A DNA stretch of 40,000 nucleotides from an uncultured Thiobacillus sp. (GCA_964542455.1 CAZIUC010000002.1:212333-252332); one strand, 5' to 3'. Shown: positions 25,048 to 34,863, counted from the first letter of the stretch. Notes: generated by a model not told the origin, from the sequence alone. Numbers and translations are program-made.

Positions 25048-26019
25048 ATGAACCTCGACACCCCCATCAGCATCAATCGACTCGCCACGTCCTTGCTGGA
25101 GGACCTGGTTGCACGCGCGGACGAACTGCGCCTCGGCGTTTCCCGCCAGGACAACGGCGTGCGCATCGTCGATGCCGGCATCACAGTGGCCGGTGGCATC
25201 GAGGCCGGTCGGCGCATCGCCGAAATCTGCCTGGGCGGACTGGGCCGCGTCAACCTCACCCCCGCCGGCACCTTCACCAACTGGCCCTGGGAACTGTCTG
25301 TCTCCACCGCGCAACCGGTACTGGCCTGTCTGGGCAGCCAGTACGCCGGCTGGAGCCTGGCCCACGGCGAGGGCAAGGGCGGCTTCTTCGCCCTCGGTTC
25401 CGGCCCCGGCCGCGCACTGGCAGGCAAGGAGGAACTGTTCGCCGAACTGGGCTACAAGGACGCCGCGGACAGCACCTGTCTGGTGCTGGAAACCGACAAG
25501 ATTCCGCCGCTGGCCCTGCTCGACAAAATCGCCGACCAGTGCGGCGTCGCCCCGGAAAATCTGACCCTGATCCTCACCCCTACCTCCAGCCTGGCGGGGT
25601 CGGTGCAGGTGGTGGCGCGGGTGCTGGAAGTGGCGCTGCACAAGGCGCATTTCCTCGGATTCGAGCTGAAGCACATCGTCGATGGCATGGGCACGGCGCC
25701 GGTCTGCCCGCCTTCGCCGGATTTCCTCACCGCCATGGGCCGCACCAACGACGCCATCCTGTTCGGCGGCCGCGTGCAGCTGTTCGTATCCGGCGCGGAA
25801 GCCGCCGCCGAAGACCTGGCCCGGCGCCTGCCCAGCTCGGCCTCCGCCGACTACGGCCAGCCCTTCGCCGGGATATTCAAGGCGGCGGCTTACGACTTCT
25901 ACAAGATCGACCCCCTGCTGTTCGCGCCGGCCCAGGTGATCGTCACCTGTCTGGACTCCGGACGCAGCTTCCGCGCCGGGCAGCTTGATGGCGAACTGCT
26001 CACGAGGTCGTTCGAATGA
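25048..26019 (+). CDS. mch: Methenyl-H4MPT cyclohydrolase
   Basis: Start at ATG 25048 ([13 protein letters not shown]...). [39 protein letters not shown] and [11 protein letters not shown] blocks are typical of Mch. Confidence 0.85.
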   Translation: MNLDTPISINRLATSLLEDLVARADELRLGVSRQDNGVRIVDAGITVAGGIEAGRRIAEICLGGLGRVNLTPAGTFTNWPWELSVSTAQPVLACLGSQYAGWSLAHGEGKGGFFALGSGPGRALAGKEELFAELGYKDAADSTCLVLETDKIPPLALLDKIADQCGVAPENLTLILTPTSSLAGSVQVVARVLEVALHKAHFLGFELKHIVDGMGTAPVCPPSPDFLTAMGRTNDAILFGGRVQLFVSGAEAAAEDLARRLPSSASADYGQPFAGIFKAAAYDFYKIDPLLFAPAQVIVTCLDSGRSFRAGQLDGELLTRSFE

Positions 26020-26069
26020 AACGCGAAAACGGCTTGTTCGACGACCGGTGGCCTTGTATCGGCGTGGAG

Positions 26070-26360
26070 AAATCCCCCCTAGCCGCCCTTTGGGAAAGGG
26101 GGGGACGCTACATATTCGCGCTGCGCTCACTCCCCCCTTTTCCAAAGGCTCTTTTCTCGTTAGCTGGTGATATGCGCGAAAGCCGATGGGAAGGTGGCTT
26201 CCCCCTTTTCCAAAGGGGGACTGAGGGGGATTTCTCCAAGGGTTTTGCTAGTTCAAGCGTCCGAAAATCCCCCCTAGCCCCCCTTTGCGAAAGGGGGGGA
26301 CGCTACGTTTGCGCGATGCGCTCACTCCCCCCTTTACTAAAGGGAGGCTGGGGGGGATTT
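26070..26360. repeat. Two adjacent G/C-tract hairpin MITE-like elements (26070-26233 long form; 26265-26360 compact form)
   Basis: The compact copy has perfect 10-bp terminal inverted repeats aaatcccccc / ggggggattt and two internal CCCCCCTTT-NNN-AAAGGGGGG hairpins. The long copy shares both ends and carries an extra internal segment also present at 18520-18672. Confidence 0.9.
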
Positions 26361-26386
26361 AGCGGTCTGCCTGGAGCCCTTATCCC

Positions 26387-27301
26387 ATGATCGGCCGTAT
26401 CGCCATCTTCACCGATGATCCGGGCTGGCACGGCAAGCGTCTGCGCGCCGCCTTCGCCCGACGTGGCTTCGAGGCAAGCTACGTCGCCCTGGCTGATTGC
26501 CGGGTGGACCTGGACGCGGGCGGGGTGATCCTGCCCGGTTTCGAGGATCGTCCGCCGGATGCCGCTTTCGTGCGCGGTGTGTCGGGCGGCACGTTGGAAC
26601 AGGTGGTGTTGCGCCTGGATTTCCTGCACGTCCTGCCCGCCCTCGGAGTGCCGGTCTACAACCCGGCCCGCGCCATCGAGAAAAGCGTGGACAAGGCGAT
26701 GACCAGCCTGCTTCTGAAAATCGCCGGTGTCCCGACCCCCGCCACCTGGGTCACGGAATCCGAGGCCCAGGCGCGCGCCATCCTGATTCGCGAAACGGCG
26801 CGGGGCAACGAGCTGGTGCTGAAACCGTTGTTCGGCTCCCAGGGCAAGGGTCTGCGCCGCCTGGCGGCCCCGGCCGAGTTGCCCCCGGTCGCGGACTGCC
26901 AGGGCGCGTATTACCTGCAACGCTACGTCGGCCCGAGCGGCGCGGCGGCGCTGTGGGAGGACTACCGGGTGCTGGTGGTGGGCGGAAGCAGCCGCGCCGC
27001 CATGACCCGACGTGGCGCTTCCTGGATCAACAATGTGGCACAGGGCGCCGACTGCGCCCCGGCGCCGGATGATCCCGAGTTGTATCACTTGGCCGAAGCC
27101 GCCGCGCTGGCCCTGGACATGGACTACGCCGGGGTGGATCTGATGCGCGACCGCGATGGCCGTCTGACGGTGTTGGAGGTCAACAGTATTCCCGCCTGGC
27201 GCGGCTTGCAGAGCGTTGTTGAAAGCGACATCGCCCAGGTGCTCGCGGACGATCTGCTGGACCGGCATGTGTTGCGGCAACGCCGGGAGTTGCGGGCATG
27301 A
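26387..27301 (+). CDS. mptN: RimK-family ATP-grasp ligase (H4MPT:alpha-L-glutamate ligase candidate)
   Basis: RimK-like blocks DKAMTSLLLKIAGVPTP, LVLKPLFGSQGKGL, DYRVLVVGG and YAGVDLMRDRDGRLTVLEVNSIPAW. H4MPT gene context. Confidence 0.65.
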   Translation: MIGRIAIFTDDPGWHGKRLRAAFARRGFEASYVALADCRVDLDAGGVILPGFEDRPPDAAFVRGVSGGTLEQVVLRLDFLHVLPALGVPVYNPARAIEKSVDKAMTSLLLKIAGVPTPATWVTESEAQARAILIRETARGNELVLKPLFGSQGKGLRRLAAPAELPPVADCQGAYYLQRYVGPSGAAALWEDYRVLVVGGSSRAAMTRRGASWINNVAQGADCAPAPDDPELYHLAEAAALALDMDYAGVDLMRDRDGRLTVLEVNSIPAWRGLQSVVESDIAQVLADDLLDRHVLRQRRELRA

Positions 27302-28239
27302 ACGCCTGCGCCAACGCCTTCCTGGCCGCCTGCGAATTGGACGTGCTGGCGCTGAAGCCCGGCAATGTCAGCGTCCATTCGCCCGGCCACGGCATGACCG
27401 CCGAGGATTTCCGCGTCAGTGCCAGAGCCGCCGCGCCGCTTGTCTGCGATCCGGAACTGAGCGTCGGCGAGCGGGTGTACTGGGCGATGGAAGCGACCTG
27501 GGATGTGGTGGGCTGCAACACCAACCTGGGCATTCTGCTGCTGGCCGCGCCGCTGATCCACGCCGCCCAGCAACGTCAGCAGGGTGAATCGCTGAAGCAG
27601 CGACTCAACCGCACCCTGGCCGGACTGACCCGGGACGATGCCGAGTGGGTATACCGCGCCATCCGTCTGGCCAACCCCGGCGGGCTGGGCAAAAGCACCC
27701 ATCACGACGTGGCGGAGTCGCCCCGCGTCACGCTGTTGACGGCCATGCATGAGGCCGCCACGCGGGATCGCATCGCCCGCCAGTACAGCAATGGATACAA
27801 CGACATCTATGAAACCGGGCTGTCCCGCCTGCGCGACGGTCGCACGCGCTGGGGCAACGAGGAACGGGCGGTGACCGCCACTTACATGAGTTTCCTGAGC
27901 GCCTTCCCGGACAGCCATGTCTGGCGCAAATACGGGCCGGCCTCGGCGGAAGAGGTGCTGATCCAGGCCGCGGCCTGTCAGGTCGAACTGGCGCATTGCC
28001 AGGACTGGGAAGCGGCGCGCGGCCATCTGGAACAACTGGATGGCAGCTTCAAAGCGGCCCACATCAACCCCGGCACCAGCGCCGATCTGACCGTGGCGGC
28101 CTGCCTGGCGGAGCGCCTGTTGCTGGCCGATTTCGATTTACAGCGTGTACCGGTTGAAGGCTCGGCGCCGGAACGCGATTTGAGGCAAGCCGAGCCATCT
28201 TTTTCTTCAATTCAAGGAGTTTGTCATGGCGAAAATTGA
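27298..28239 (+). CDS. Triphosphoribosyl-dephospho-CoA synthase (CitG/MdcB)-like protein (methylotroph orf7-type)
   Basis: [39 protein letters not shown] and [15 protein letters not shown] blocks resemble the CitG family. It overlaps mptN by 4 nt and fae by 14 nt. Confidence 0.65.
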   Translation: MNACANAFLAACELDVLALKPGNVSVHSPGHGMTAEDFRVSARAAAPLVCDPELSVGERVYWAMEATWDVVGCNTNLGILLLAAPLIHAAQQRQQGESLKQRLNRTLAGLTRDDAEWVYRAIRLANPGGLGKSTHHDVAESPRVTLLTAMHEAATRDRIARQYSNGYNDIYETGLSRLRDGRTRWGNEERAVTATYMSFLSAFPDSHVWRKYGPASAEEVLIQAAACQVELAHCQDWEAARGHLEQLDGSFKAAHINPGTSADLTVAACLAERLLLADFDLQRVPVEGSAPERDLRQAEPSFSSIQGVCHGEN

Positions 28240-28738
28240 TCGTGTAATGGTGGGTGAGTCCCTGGTGGGTGACGGTAATGAAGTGGCCCACATCGATCTG
28301 ATCATCGGCCCACGTGGTAGCGCGGCCGAGACCGCGTTCTGCAACGGCCTGGTCAACAACAAGGACGGTTTCACCAGCCTGCTGGCTGTGGTGGCACCGA
28401 ACCTGCCCTGCAAGCCCAACACCCTGATGTTCAACAAGGTGACCATCAAGGGTGCCAAGCAGGCGGTGCAGATGTTCGGGCCGGCTCAGCGTGGCGTGGC
28501 CATGGCCGTGGCGGATTGCGTGGAAGACGGCACCATTCCGATGGCCGAGGCTGACAACCTGTTCATCTGCGTGGGCGTGTTCATCCACTGGCAGGCCGAG
28601 GACGACACCAAGATCCAGGACTACAACTACGAAGCCACCAAGCAGTCGATCAAGCGTGCCGTCGCCGGCACGCCCACGGCCGCTGAAGTGGTTGCCCAGA
28701 AAGGCACGGCCGGCCACCCGTTTGCCGCTCACATCTGA
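28226..28738 (+). CDS. fae: Formaldehyde-activating enzyme
   Basis: 170 aa. [32 protein letters not shown]... and ...[15 protein letters not shown]... are characteristic of Fae. Confidence 0.9.
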   Translation: MAKIDRVMVGESLVGDGNEVAHIDLIIGPRGSAAETAFCNGLVNNKDGFTSLLAVVAPNLPCKPNTLMFNKVTIKGAKQAVQMFGPAQRGVAMAVADCVEDGTIPMAEADNLFICVGVFIHWQAEDDTKIQDYNYEATKQSIKRAVAGTPTAAEVVAQKGTAGHPFAAHI

Positions 28739-28754
28739 TTGCTGAGGTGACGTA

Positions 28755-29975
28755 ATGGTGCATTGTCGGGAGTGCAACGCGGAATTGGCGACGCTGGATA
28801 CCGGGCATCTGCTCGCCTGCAGCGGGCTGACCCTCCAGGAATACGCCCTTCGCCATGCGCTGCCCCTCGATCTGTTGCTCACGGCGGACAGGATCGGGGA
28901 GTTGGAAGCCGACCCGCCTTTACTGGCGGGCACGGTTCCCGACGAAGCAGCGCGGGCGGTCCTGGCGGGTTTGCGCATGGCCGGCAAGGTCCATGACGTC
29001 GGCAATCTGTGTCATGTGGAAGGCGAAGTGGTCTGGCTCGATCTGCTGTTCTGGGATATGGCCAGGCTGTCGCCTTACGGCTTCCACTTCCGGCAGGAGT
29101 ACCACTACGCCCCCGGCACGCATCGGGTGGTGGCAAAGAATCGCCTGTCCACCCAGAAGCGCAATCTGGTCGGCCCCTGGCTTCCCGCCAGGGTGCCACC
29201 TCCGGAACAACGTTTGCGGTATGCCTGTTATCTGGCCCATGCCGCCGAACGGCATGCCGGATTTTTATTCCTGCCCTTCGTCTCGTCTGACGAGGCCGAA
29301 GCGGCAGCCCAATTCTTGCAACAGGAGCTGGGTGTCGCCACCCGGCGCCTGGAGGCCGGCACCCCATTGCTGCGCACCCTCACCCGCGCCGATGCCGAGC
29401 GCCTGCTCGACGCCCTGCGCCCGGAACTGGAAGCCATGCCCGACGTGTGGGCACGTTTTCACCCGGATACCCCGGAAGTCACGGTGAGCAAGGAAGTGGT
29501 GTTCGATTCCGCCCATTTCCTCACCGACCATCCGGCCAAGTGCAGCAACCTGCATGGCGGGCGCTACGTGCTGCATGTGAAGGTGCGTGGCCAGATCGAC
29601 CCGGTGACCGGCTGCGTGCTGGATTACGGCTATCTCAAGCGGGTGGTGAATGCGCAAGTGGTGGAGCGTTTCGACCATCACACCCTGAACTACGCCGGGC
29701 CGGAACTGGCCTGGCGCTCCACCACCGAACTGCTCAGCGTCTACATCTGGGAGCAGATCATCGATTTCCTGCCGGGGCTGGCGGAACTCACGCTGTACGA
29801 GACGCCGCAGTCCTGGTGCCGCTATACCGGACCCGACCTGGAAACCTGGCAGATCCAGGGTTCCCAGCCGCTGCTGAAGCGGTTTACCGATCCCACCCTG
29901 GGCCAGTCGCCCTGGCGGGATTCCTTGCGTCCCCAGGCCTGGGATCATGGCAAGCGGCAAGGTCTGTCGGGCTGA
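28755..29975 (+). CDS. Fusion protein: unknown N-terminal domain (about 240 aa) plus C-terminal 6-pyruvoyl-tetrahydropterin synthase/QueD-like domain
   Basis: Residues about 242-358 align by eye with QueD/PTPS: FDSAHFL, KCSNLHGGRY, DPVTGCVLDYGYLK, ERFDHHTLN, LTLYETPQSW. The N-terminal part starts MVHCRECNAELATLDTGHLLAC and is not recognisable to me. Confidence 0.7.
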   Translation: MVHCRECNAELATLDTGHLLACSGLTLQEYALRHALPLDLLLTADRIGELEADPPLLAGTVPDEAARAVLAGLRMAGKVHDVGNLCHVEGEVVWLDLLFWDMARLSPYGFHFRQEYHYAPGTHRVVAKNRLSTQKRNLVGPWLPARVPPPEQRLRYACYLAHAAERHAGFLFLPFVSSDEAEAAAQFLQQELGVATRRLEAGTPLLRTLTRADAERLLDALRPELEAMPDVWARFHPDTPEVTVSKEVVFDSAHFLTDHPAKCSNLHGGRYVLHVKVRGQIDPVTGCVLDYGYLKRVVNAQVVERFDHHTLNYAGPELAWRSTTELLSVYIWEQIIDFLPGLAELTLYETPQSWCRYTGPDLETWQIQGSQPLLKRFTDPTLGQSPWRDSLRPQAWDHGKRQGLSG

Positions 29976-30639
29976 GCCGGCCATCATGCAGGGCGGACGC
30001 CAGCAGCACGCCGGCCGCGCCGGCCTGGGCCAGCGCGGCCAGGTCGGCGGACTCGCGCACACCACCCGCCGCGTAAAAGCGCTTTTCCGGAGCGCGCGCC
30101 CGCAAGGCCGACAGACGCGCCAGATCAGGGCCCTGGCCGCTACCCACGCGTTCCAGGGTCATCACGATGAGGTCGTCGGGCCAGGATGTGGCCTGCTCAA
30201 GCAAGTCAGCCGGCCCGAGAAATGCCTCGTCACGAAAATCCAGGGAGAGGATGCCGTCAGTCGCCGCTTTCGCCGCCGCCGTGGTGCCCAGACATTCGCT
30301 GCCCAGCACCGGCCGGCCCAGTTCAAGCGGCCAGGCGGCAATCTGCCCGGCATCGCGCAGGCCGCTGTCCACCCAGAATTCGAGTTGCGGATGGGTGACG
30401 CGAAGCGCGGCGATCTCGCGGCGATGGTCGCCGCGCCGCAGGATCGCATCCAGATCGGCGATGTAGCAGTGCTGGAACGGATACAGGCGCAACAGCCCGT
30501 CCAGCACGTCGGCCGGACGACTCGATGGACACAAGGCGGAAACCAGCGGGCGGTAGTCGTCGCGCCGCCCTTCCCGAGCATGCACCACCTGGCCGGCCAT
30601 CAGATCGAGCACGGGAATGAGCCGTAAAGGAATGGACAT
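29884..30639 (-). CDS. HisA/HisF-fold protein of H4MPT gene islands
   Basis: MSIPLRLIPVLDLMAGQVVHAREGRRDDYRPL and FYAAGGVRESADLAAL blocks are (beta/alpha)8 HisA-like. It is the only minus-strand gene inside the plus-strand operon. Confidence 0.65.
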   Translation of the reverse strand: MSIPLRLIPVLDLMAGQVVHAREGRRDDYRPLVSALCPSSRPADVLDGLLRLYPFQHCYIADLDAILRRGDHRREIAALRVTHPQLEFWVDSGLRDAGQIAAWPLELGRPVLGSECLGTTAAAKAATDGILSLDFRDEAFLGPADLLEQATSWPDDLIVMTLERVGSGQGPDLARLSALRARAPEKRFYAAGGVRESADLAALAQAGAAGVLLASALHDGRLSPTDLAACHDPRPGDARNPARATGPGWDR

Positions 30640-31612
30640 GAAGATTTTCGTTTATGAATATGTCACGGGCGGGGGCTGCGCCGGCCAGCCACTGCCCGCG
30701 TTTCTGGCGGATGGCGAATTGATGTGGCGGGCGCTGGTGGACGATCTTACCGCCATCCCCGGCGTGGAAGTCATCACCCTGCGCGACGATCGACTGCCGT
30801 CAAACCCCTTGCCGGGCGCGCATATCTTCACCACCCGCGCCGCCACCTTCACCGAGGATTTCCGCCGCTGCCTCGATCTGTCCGACGCGGTGTTGACCGT
30901 GGCGCCGGAGAGCGGCGGCGTCCTCGAATCCCTCAACCGGGGCGTACTGCTGGCCGGCAAGCGGCTTCTCGGCTCGCGCCCCGAGGCCGTGCGTATCGCC
31001 GCCAGCAAGCTCGCCACCGCCGAATGCCTGCAGGCGCATGGCGTGGCGACCATCCCGACTTATACCTCCCCCTATCTGATGGCGCGGGAAAGCCCCGTGG
31101 TCATGAAGCCGGATGATGGCGCGGGCTGCCAGGACACCCATCTGTTCGCCAGCCTGGAAGCGGCCGAGGAATGGACGCTGGCGCATACGACCGACGGCCA
31201 GGTATTCCAACCGTATGTCGCGGGCATGGCGCGTTCCCTGTCGCTGTTATGTTGCGAAGGCCATGCCCAGTTGCTGGCCGTGAACCGCCAGCATGTCAGC
31301 CCCAAAGACGGCCGTCTCGAATTCCATGGCGTCTCCGTCGACGATCGGGTGGACGCGGATGGCCGCTATGCCGATCTGGCCAGACGCATCGCCGAAACCA
31401 TGCCTGGTTTGTGGGGCCATGTCGGCGTCGACTTCATCGAAACCCGTCAGGGCCCGATTGTCGTCGAAGTGAATCCACGCCCCACCGTATCCTATGCGGG
31501 CCTGAGCGCCACCCTGGGATGCAACCTGGCGCGGCGGCTGCTTGACCTGCCGTCGTTCACACCGCCACGCCGCGGACACTCGGCGCAACTGGAGAAGGCA
31601 CATGTCCACTGA
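30638..31612 (+). CDS. ATP-grasp ligase (MfnD-like tyramine-glutamate ligase candidate)
   Basis: MKIFVYEYVTGGG start, an AAGGAA RBS, and C-terminal GHVGVDFIETRQGPIVVEVNPRPT ATP-grasp block. The start could also be ATG 30632. Confidence 0.55.
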   Translation: MKIFVYEYVTGGGCAGQPLPAFLADGELMWRALVDDLTAIPGVEVITLRDDRLPSNPLPGAHIFTTRAATFTEDFRRCLDLSDAVLTVAPESGGVLESLNRGVLLAGKRLLGSRPEAVRIAASKLATAECLQAHGVATIPTYTSPYLMARESPVVMKPDDGAGCQDTHLFASLEAAEEWTLAHTTDGQVFQPYVAGMARSLSLLCCEGHAQLLAVNRQHVSPKDGRLEFHGVSVDDRVDADGRYADLARRIAETMPGLWGHVGVDFIETRQGPIVVEVNPRPTVSYAGLSATLGCNLARRLLDLPSFTPPRRGHSAQLEKAHVH

Positions 31613-32648
31613 AACCGTGATGGGTTGGGACGTGGGCGGCGCCCACCTGAAGGCGGCCCGCCTTGAAGCCGATGGGCGCCTTTCCGGCATCTGGCAGAAA
31701 TACTGCCCGCTGTGGCGCGGCATGGAGCATCTTGACAACGCACTGGGCGGCATACTCGGCGAGCTACCCGGCACTCCGACTCGGCACGCGGTCACCATGA
31801 CCGGAGAAATGACCGACTTGTTCGAGAACCGTGACAACGGCGTACATGCGCTGGTGGACCGGTTATGCGATCAACTGGGCGGCGCCGACCGGGTGCGGTT
31901 TTATGCCGGCGCCGACGGCTGGATGAACGCCGGGTCCACCCGCCTGCGGCCGCAACCGGTGGCCTCGGCCAACTGGCATGCCACGGCGGCGATGGTCGCC
32001 GCGTGCCTGGGTGACGCCCTGCTGGTGGACATCGGCAGCACCACCTGCGACCTCATTCCGGTGCGTGGCCGGCGCGTGTCCAGCGCCAGCGGCAGCGACA
32101 GCGACCGTCTGGCCTCGGGTGAACTGGTCTACAGCGGCGTCGTGCGCACGCCGCTCATGGCCCTGGCGGACATGGCCCCGGTGAAGGGACGCTGGACACC
32201 GCTGATGGCCGAGCATTTCGCCACCACCGCCGACGTTTATCGCGTGCTGGGCTGGTTGCCGGAAGCGGCGGACCTGCACGACAGCGCCGATGGCGGCGCC
32301 AAGACGGCGGCGGCCAGCCGTATCCGCCTGGCGCGCATGGTGGGACGCGATGCCGGCGAGATGGCGGATGCCGCCTGGGACGAACTGGCGGCCTGGTTCG
32401 TCGATGCCCAGTTGGACAAAATCGCCCGCGCCGCCCGCCAGGTTCTGTCCCGAGGCCTGTTGCCCCCGACCGCGCCGGTGGTGACGGCGGGCAGCGGCGC
32501 CTTTCTCGGCGAACGCCTGGCGGCCCGCCTGGGCCGGACAGCGCTGGATTTTTCCAGCTTGCTGGGCGCGGACGCGAATCGGCAAGGCGCCACCTGGTGC
32601 GCGCCGGCCATCGCGGTGGGCTGGCTACTGAGGAAGGAAAAATCATGA
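31602..32648 (+). CDS. Hydantoinase-A/ASKHA-fold H4MPT-linked C1-transfer-pathway protein (MfnF-like candidate)
   Basis: Start at ATG 31602. MGWDVGGAHLKAARL, VTMTGEMTDLF, LLVDIGSTTCDLIPV and GELVYSGVVRTP blocks. Confidence 0.6.
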   Translation: MSTETVMGWDVGGAHLKAARLEADGRLSGIWQKYCPLWRGMEHLDNALGGILGELPGTPTRHAVTMTGEMTDLFENRDNGVHALVDRLCDQLGGADRVRFYAGADGWMNAGSTRLRPQPVASANWHATAAMVAACLGDALLVDIGSTTCDLIPVRGRRVSSASGSDSDRLASGELVYSGVVRTPLMALADMAPVKGRWTPLMAEHFATTADVYRVLGWLPEAADLHDSADGGAKTAAASRIRLARMVGRDAGEMADAAWDELAAWFVDAQLDKIARAARQVLSRGLLPPTAPVVTAGSGAFLGERLAARLGRTALDFSSLLGADANRQGATWCAPAIAVGWLLRKEKS

Positions 32649-34099
32649 ACCCGACGACGCCACTCGCGGCCCGCGGGCTGAGCCCCCTCCCCTACCGCCC
32701 GGACAGCGCCGAGCTGTTCGAGGCCATCGCCGACGAACCCTGGGCGGTCTTCCTCGATAGCGGACGCCCCCGCTCCACCGCCGGGCGCCTGGACATTCTC
32801 GCGGCGCGCCCCTACGCCACCCTGGTGACCCGTGGCGGCATGACCGAGATCCGCCATTCCGGGAAATCGGCCCTGAGCGAAGTCACGCTGTCTCCCGCCG
32901 ACCCCTTCGATCTGCTGCGGCAAACCCTGGCGGCGGACGGACGCCCCAGCCCCCTGCCCTTTGCCGGCGGCGCCATCGGCTACTTTTCCTATGATTTGGC
33001 GCGGCGTCTCGAACACTTGCCGGCACAGGCGCGCGACGCGGAAGCCATTCCCGAGATGGCGGTGGGCATCTACGACTGGGCGGTGGTGGTGGATCACGAG
33101 GCCCGGCAGAGCTGGCTGGTCTGTGCCGGTCGCGATCCGCGTAGCGCAGCGGCCTGGGACAAACTGATCGCCCTGTTTTCCGATCCGCCGCCGCTCGGTT
33201 CGGCGTTCCCGCCGCGCCGCCCATTCCAGGTGACCGGCCCGGTGGCCTCCAACTTCGATCAGGCCGCCTACCAGCGCGCCTTTGCCCGGATTCAAAGCTA
33301 CATCACCGCCGGCGACTGTTATCAGGTCAACCTGGCGCAACGGTTTTCCGCGCCGGTGACGGGCGACCACTGGTTGGGCTACCAGGCCCTGCGCCGGCTC
33401 AACCCGGCGCCCTATTCCGCCTATCTGAACCACCCCGCCGCGCGCATCATGTCCTCGTCGCCGGAACGCTTCCTGGAAGTGAAACAGGGCCGCGTGGAAA
33501 CCAAGCCGATCAAGGGCACCCGGCCGCGCGCCGCCGCGCCCGAGGCGGATTCCGCGCTGGCCCGCGAGCTGTGCGAAAGCGGCAAGGACCGGGCGGAAAA
33601 CCTGATGATCGTGGACCTGCTGCGCAACGATCTGGGCAAGGTCTGCGCGCCCGGCTCCGTTGCGGTGCCCAAACTGTTCAAGCTGGAAAGCTTCGCCACC
33701 GTGCATCACCTGGTCAGTACCGTGACCGGGCGTCTGGCCGAGGGGCTGGATGCGGTGGCCCTGCTGCGCGCGTCATTCCCCGGCGGTTCAATCACCGGCG
33801 CGCCGAAACTGCGCGCCATGCAGATCATCGAGGAACTGGAACCGAACCGACGCGGCGTCTATTGCGGCAGCGTCGGCTGGCTCGGCTTCAACGGCGACAT
33901 GGACAGCAACATCGCCATCCGCACCCTGGTCAGTTCGAACAACGAAATGCGCTTCTGGGCGGGCGGCGGCCTGGTGGCCGACTCGAAGGCGAACGAGGAA
34001 TATCAGGAGTGCATGGACAAGGCCGCCGCCATGCTCAGGCTGATGCGCGAGTGTGGTGGTGAACGGGAACAGGAGGGCGCGCAATGCTCCGCGTCGTGA
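32645..34099 (+). CDS. pabB: Aminodeoxychorismate synthase component I (chorismate-binding enzyme)
   Basis: The ATG at 32645 overlaps the previous stop (ATGA). Blocks: GDCYQVNLAQRF, SSSPERFLEV, TKPIKGTRPR, and PGGSITGAPKLRAMQIIEELEPNRRGVYCGSVGW. PabB is preferred over TrpE on context, because pABA feeds MptG. Confidence 0.7.
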   Translation: MNPTTPLAARGLSPLPYRPDSAELFEAIADEPWAVFLDSGRPRSTAGRLDILAARPYATLVTRGGMTEIRHSGKSALSEVTLSPADPFDLLRQTLAADGRPSPLPFAGGAIGYFSYDLARRLEHLPAQARDAEAIPEMAVGIYDWAVVVDHEARQSWLVCAGRDPRSAAAWDKLIALFSDPPPLGSAFPPRRPFQVTGPVASNFDQAAYQRAFARIQSYITAGDCYQVNLAQRFSAPVTGDHWLGYQALRRLNPAPYSAYLNHPAARIMSSSPERFLEVKQGRVETKPIKGTRPRAAAPEADSALARELCESGKDRAENLMIVDLLRNDLGKVCAPGSVAVPKLFKLESFATVHHLVSTVTGRLAEGLDAVALLRASFPGGSITGAPKLRAMQIIEELEPNRRGVYCGSVGWLGFNGDMDSNIAIRTLVSSNNEMRFWAGGGLVADSKANEEYQECMDKAAAMLRLMRECGGEREQEGAQCSAS

Positions 34100-34704
34100 A
34101 ACTGGGCGGCAGCCTGCATGACTCGCCGCTACTGCATGATTGGCTGGATGCGCTGGCGCGCGCCGGTGGGCGCATCGTCCTGGTGCCCGGCGGCGGCCCC
34201 TTCGCCGACACCGTGCGCGCCGCGCAGGGCCGGCTGGATTTCTCCGACGCCACGGCACACCGCATGGCGCTGCTGGCGATGGAACAGTACGGGCTGTTGC
34301 TGTGCGACCTCAACCCCGGCCTGCGACCCGCCGCCTCCCCGCAGGCCATCACGGAAATCGTCGCGCGCGGCCTCACCCCGGTCTGGCTGCCCTCGGCCAT
34401 GTGCCGCGGCGTGCGGGATGTGCCGGAGAACTGGTCGGTCACCTCCGACAGTCTGGCCGCCTGGCTGGCCCATCACCTGGGCGCCGAAGCGCTGGCATTG
34501 GTCAAGTACGGTAAGAACGACGCGACGGACATCCAGGCGCTGGTCGATAGCGGCCGGGTGGACAGTCACTTTCCCGAATTCACCGCGCGCTTCGGCAAAC
34601 CGGTCAGCATCCTGTCCCACGACGACCCCGCCGCCCTGAGTGCCTGGCTGACCCGCACCCTCTTTCCGGTGTTCGCGGTGGAACAACTGCCATGCGAGAT
34701 GTGA
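34084..34704 (+). CDS. Amino-acid-kinase-fold protein (MfnE-like candidate)
   Basis: VVKLGGSL...VLVPGGGPFAD...AHRMALLAM...SWSVTSDSLAAWLA...LALVK matches the aspartate/glutamate/uridylate kinase fold pattern. It overlaps pabB by 16 nt. Confidence 0.55.
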   Translation: MLRVVKLGGSLHDSPLLHDWLDALARAGGRIVLVPGGGPFADTVRAAQGRLDFSDATAHRMALLAMEQYGLLLCDLNPGLRPAASPQAITEIVARGLTPVWLPSAMCRGVRDVPENWSVTSDSLAAWLAHHLGAEALALVKYGKNDATDIQALVDSGRVDSHFPEFTARFGKPVSILSHDDPAALSAWLTRTLFPVFAVEQLPCEM

Positions 34705-34775
34705 GGCGCGGGAAACCGGTGGACTGGCCGGCGGCCCATACGCCGTAGGGTCACGCCCCCCCGCATTGAGCCGGA

Positions 34776-34840
34776 ATGTAGCGCCGGCGTCTCGCCGGCT
34801 TCGTGGGCCTGATCAGCTGGACGAAGCCGGCTGTCGCGCG
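34776..34840. repeat. REP-like palindrome, copy B (inverted orientation, partly degenerate)
   Basis: atgtagcgccggcgtctcgccggcttcg-tgggcctgatcagctgga-cgaagccggc. The loop is the reverse complement of the loop in copies A and C. The outer right arm has decayed. Confidence 0.75.
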
Positions 34841-34863
34841 CCCCGTCCAATAACAAAGCGCCT

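Noticed and set aside
24724-26145. 473-aa minus-strand ORF spanning mch and part of the repeat region
   Set aside because: It is antisense to mch, which has unmistakable cyclohydrolase motifs. Its N-terminus is a translation of the G/C-tract repeat (PPFPKG...).
26066-26362. Possible CRISPR array, because of closely spaced repeated units
   Set aside because: The units are internally palindromic G/C-tract hairpins in mixed orientation with irregular spacing. They are bounded by terminal inverted repeats. There are no unique spacers of constant length, no leader and no cas genes.
26016-26390. 124-aa plus-strand ORF in the mch-mptN gap. Related cases are the N-termini of the 18468-19400 and 10779-11480 ORFs.
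   Set aside because: These are translations of the hairpin repeats: recurrent SPLA.LWERGG / PPF.KG / FQRGTEGDF peptides. The same DNA occurs in both orientations at three loci, so it is repeat DNA, not coding sequence.
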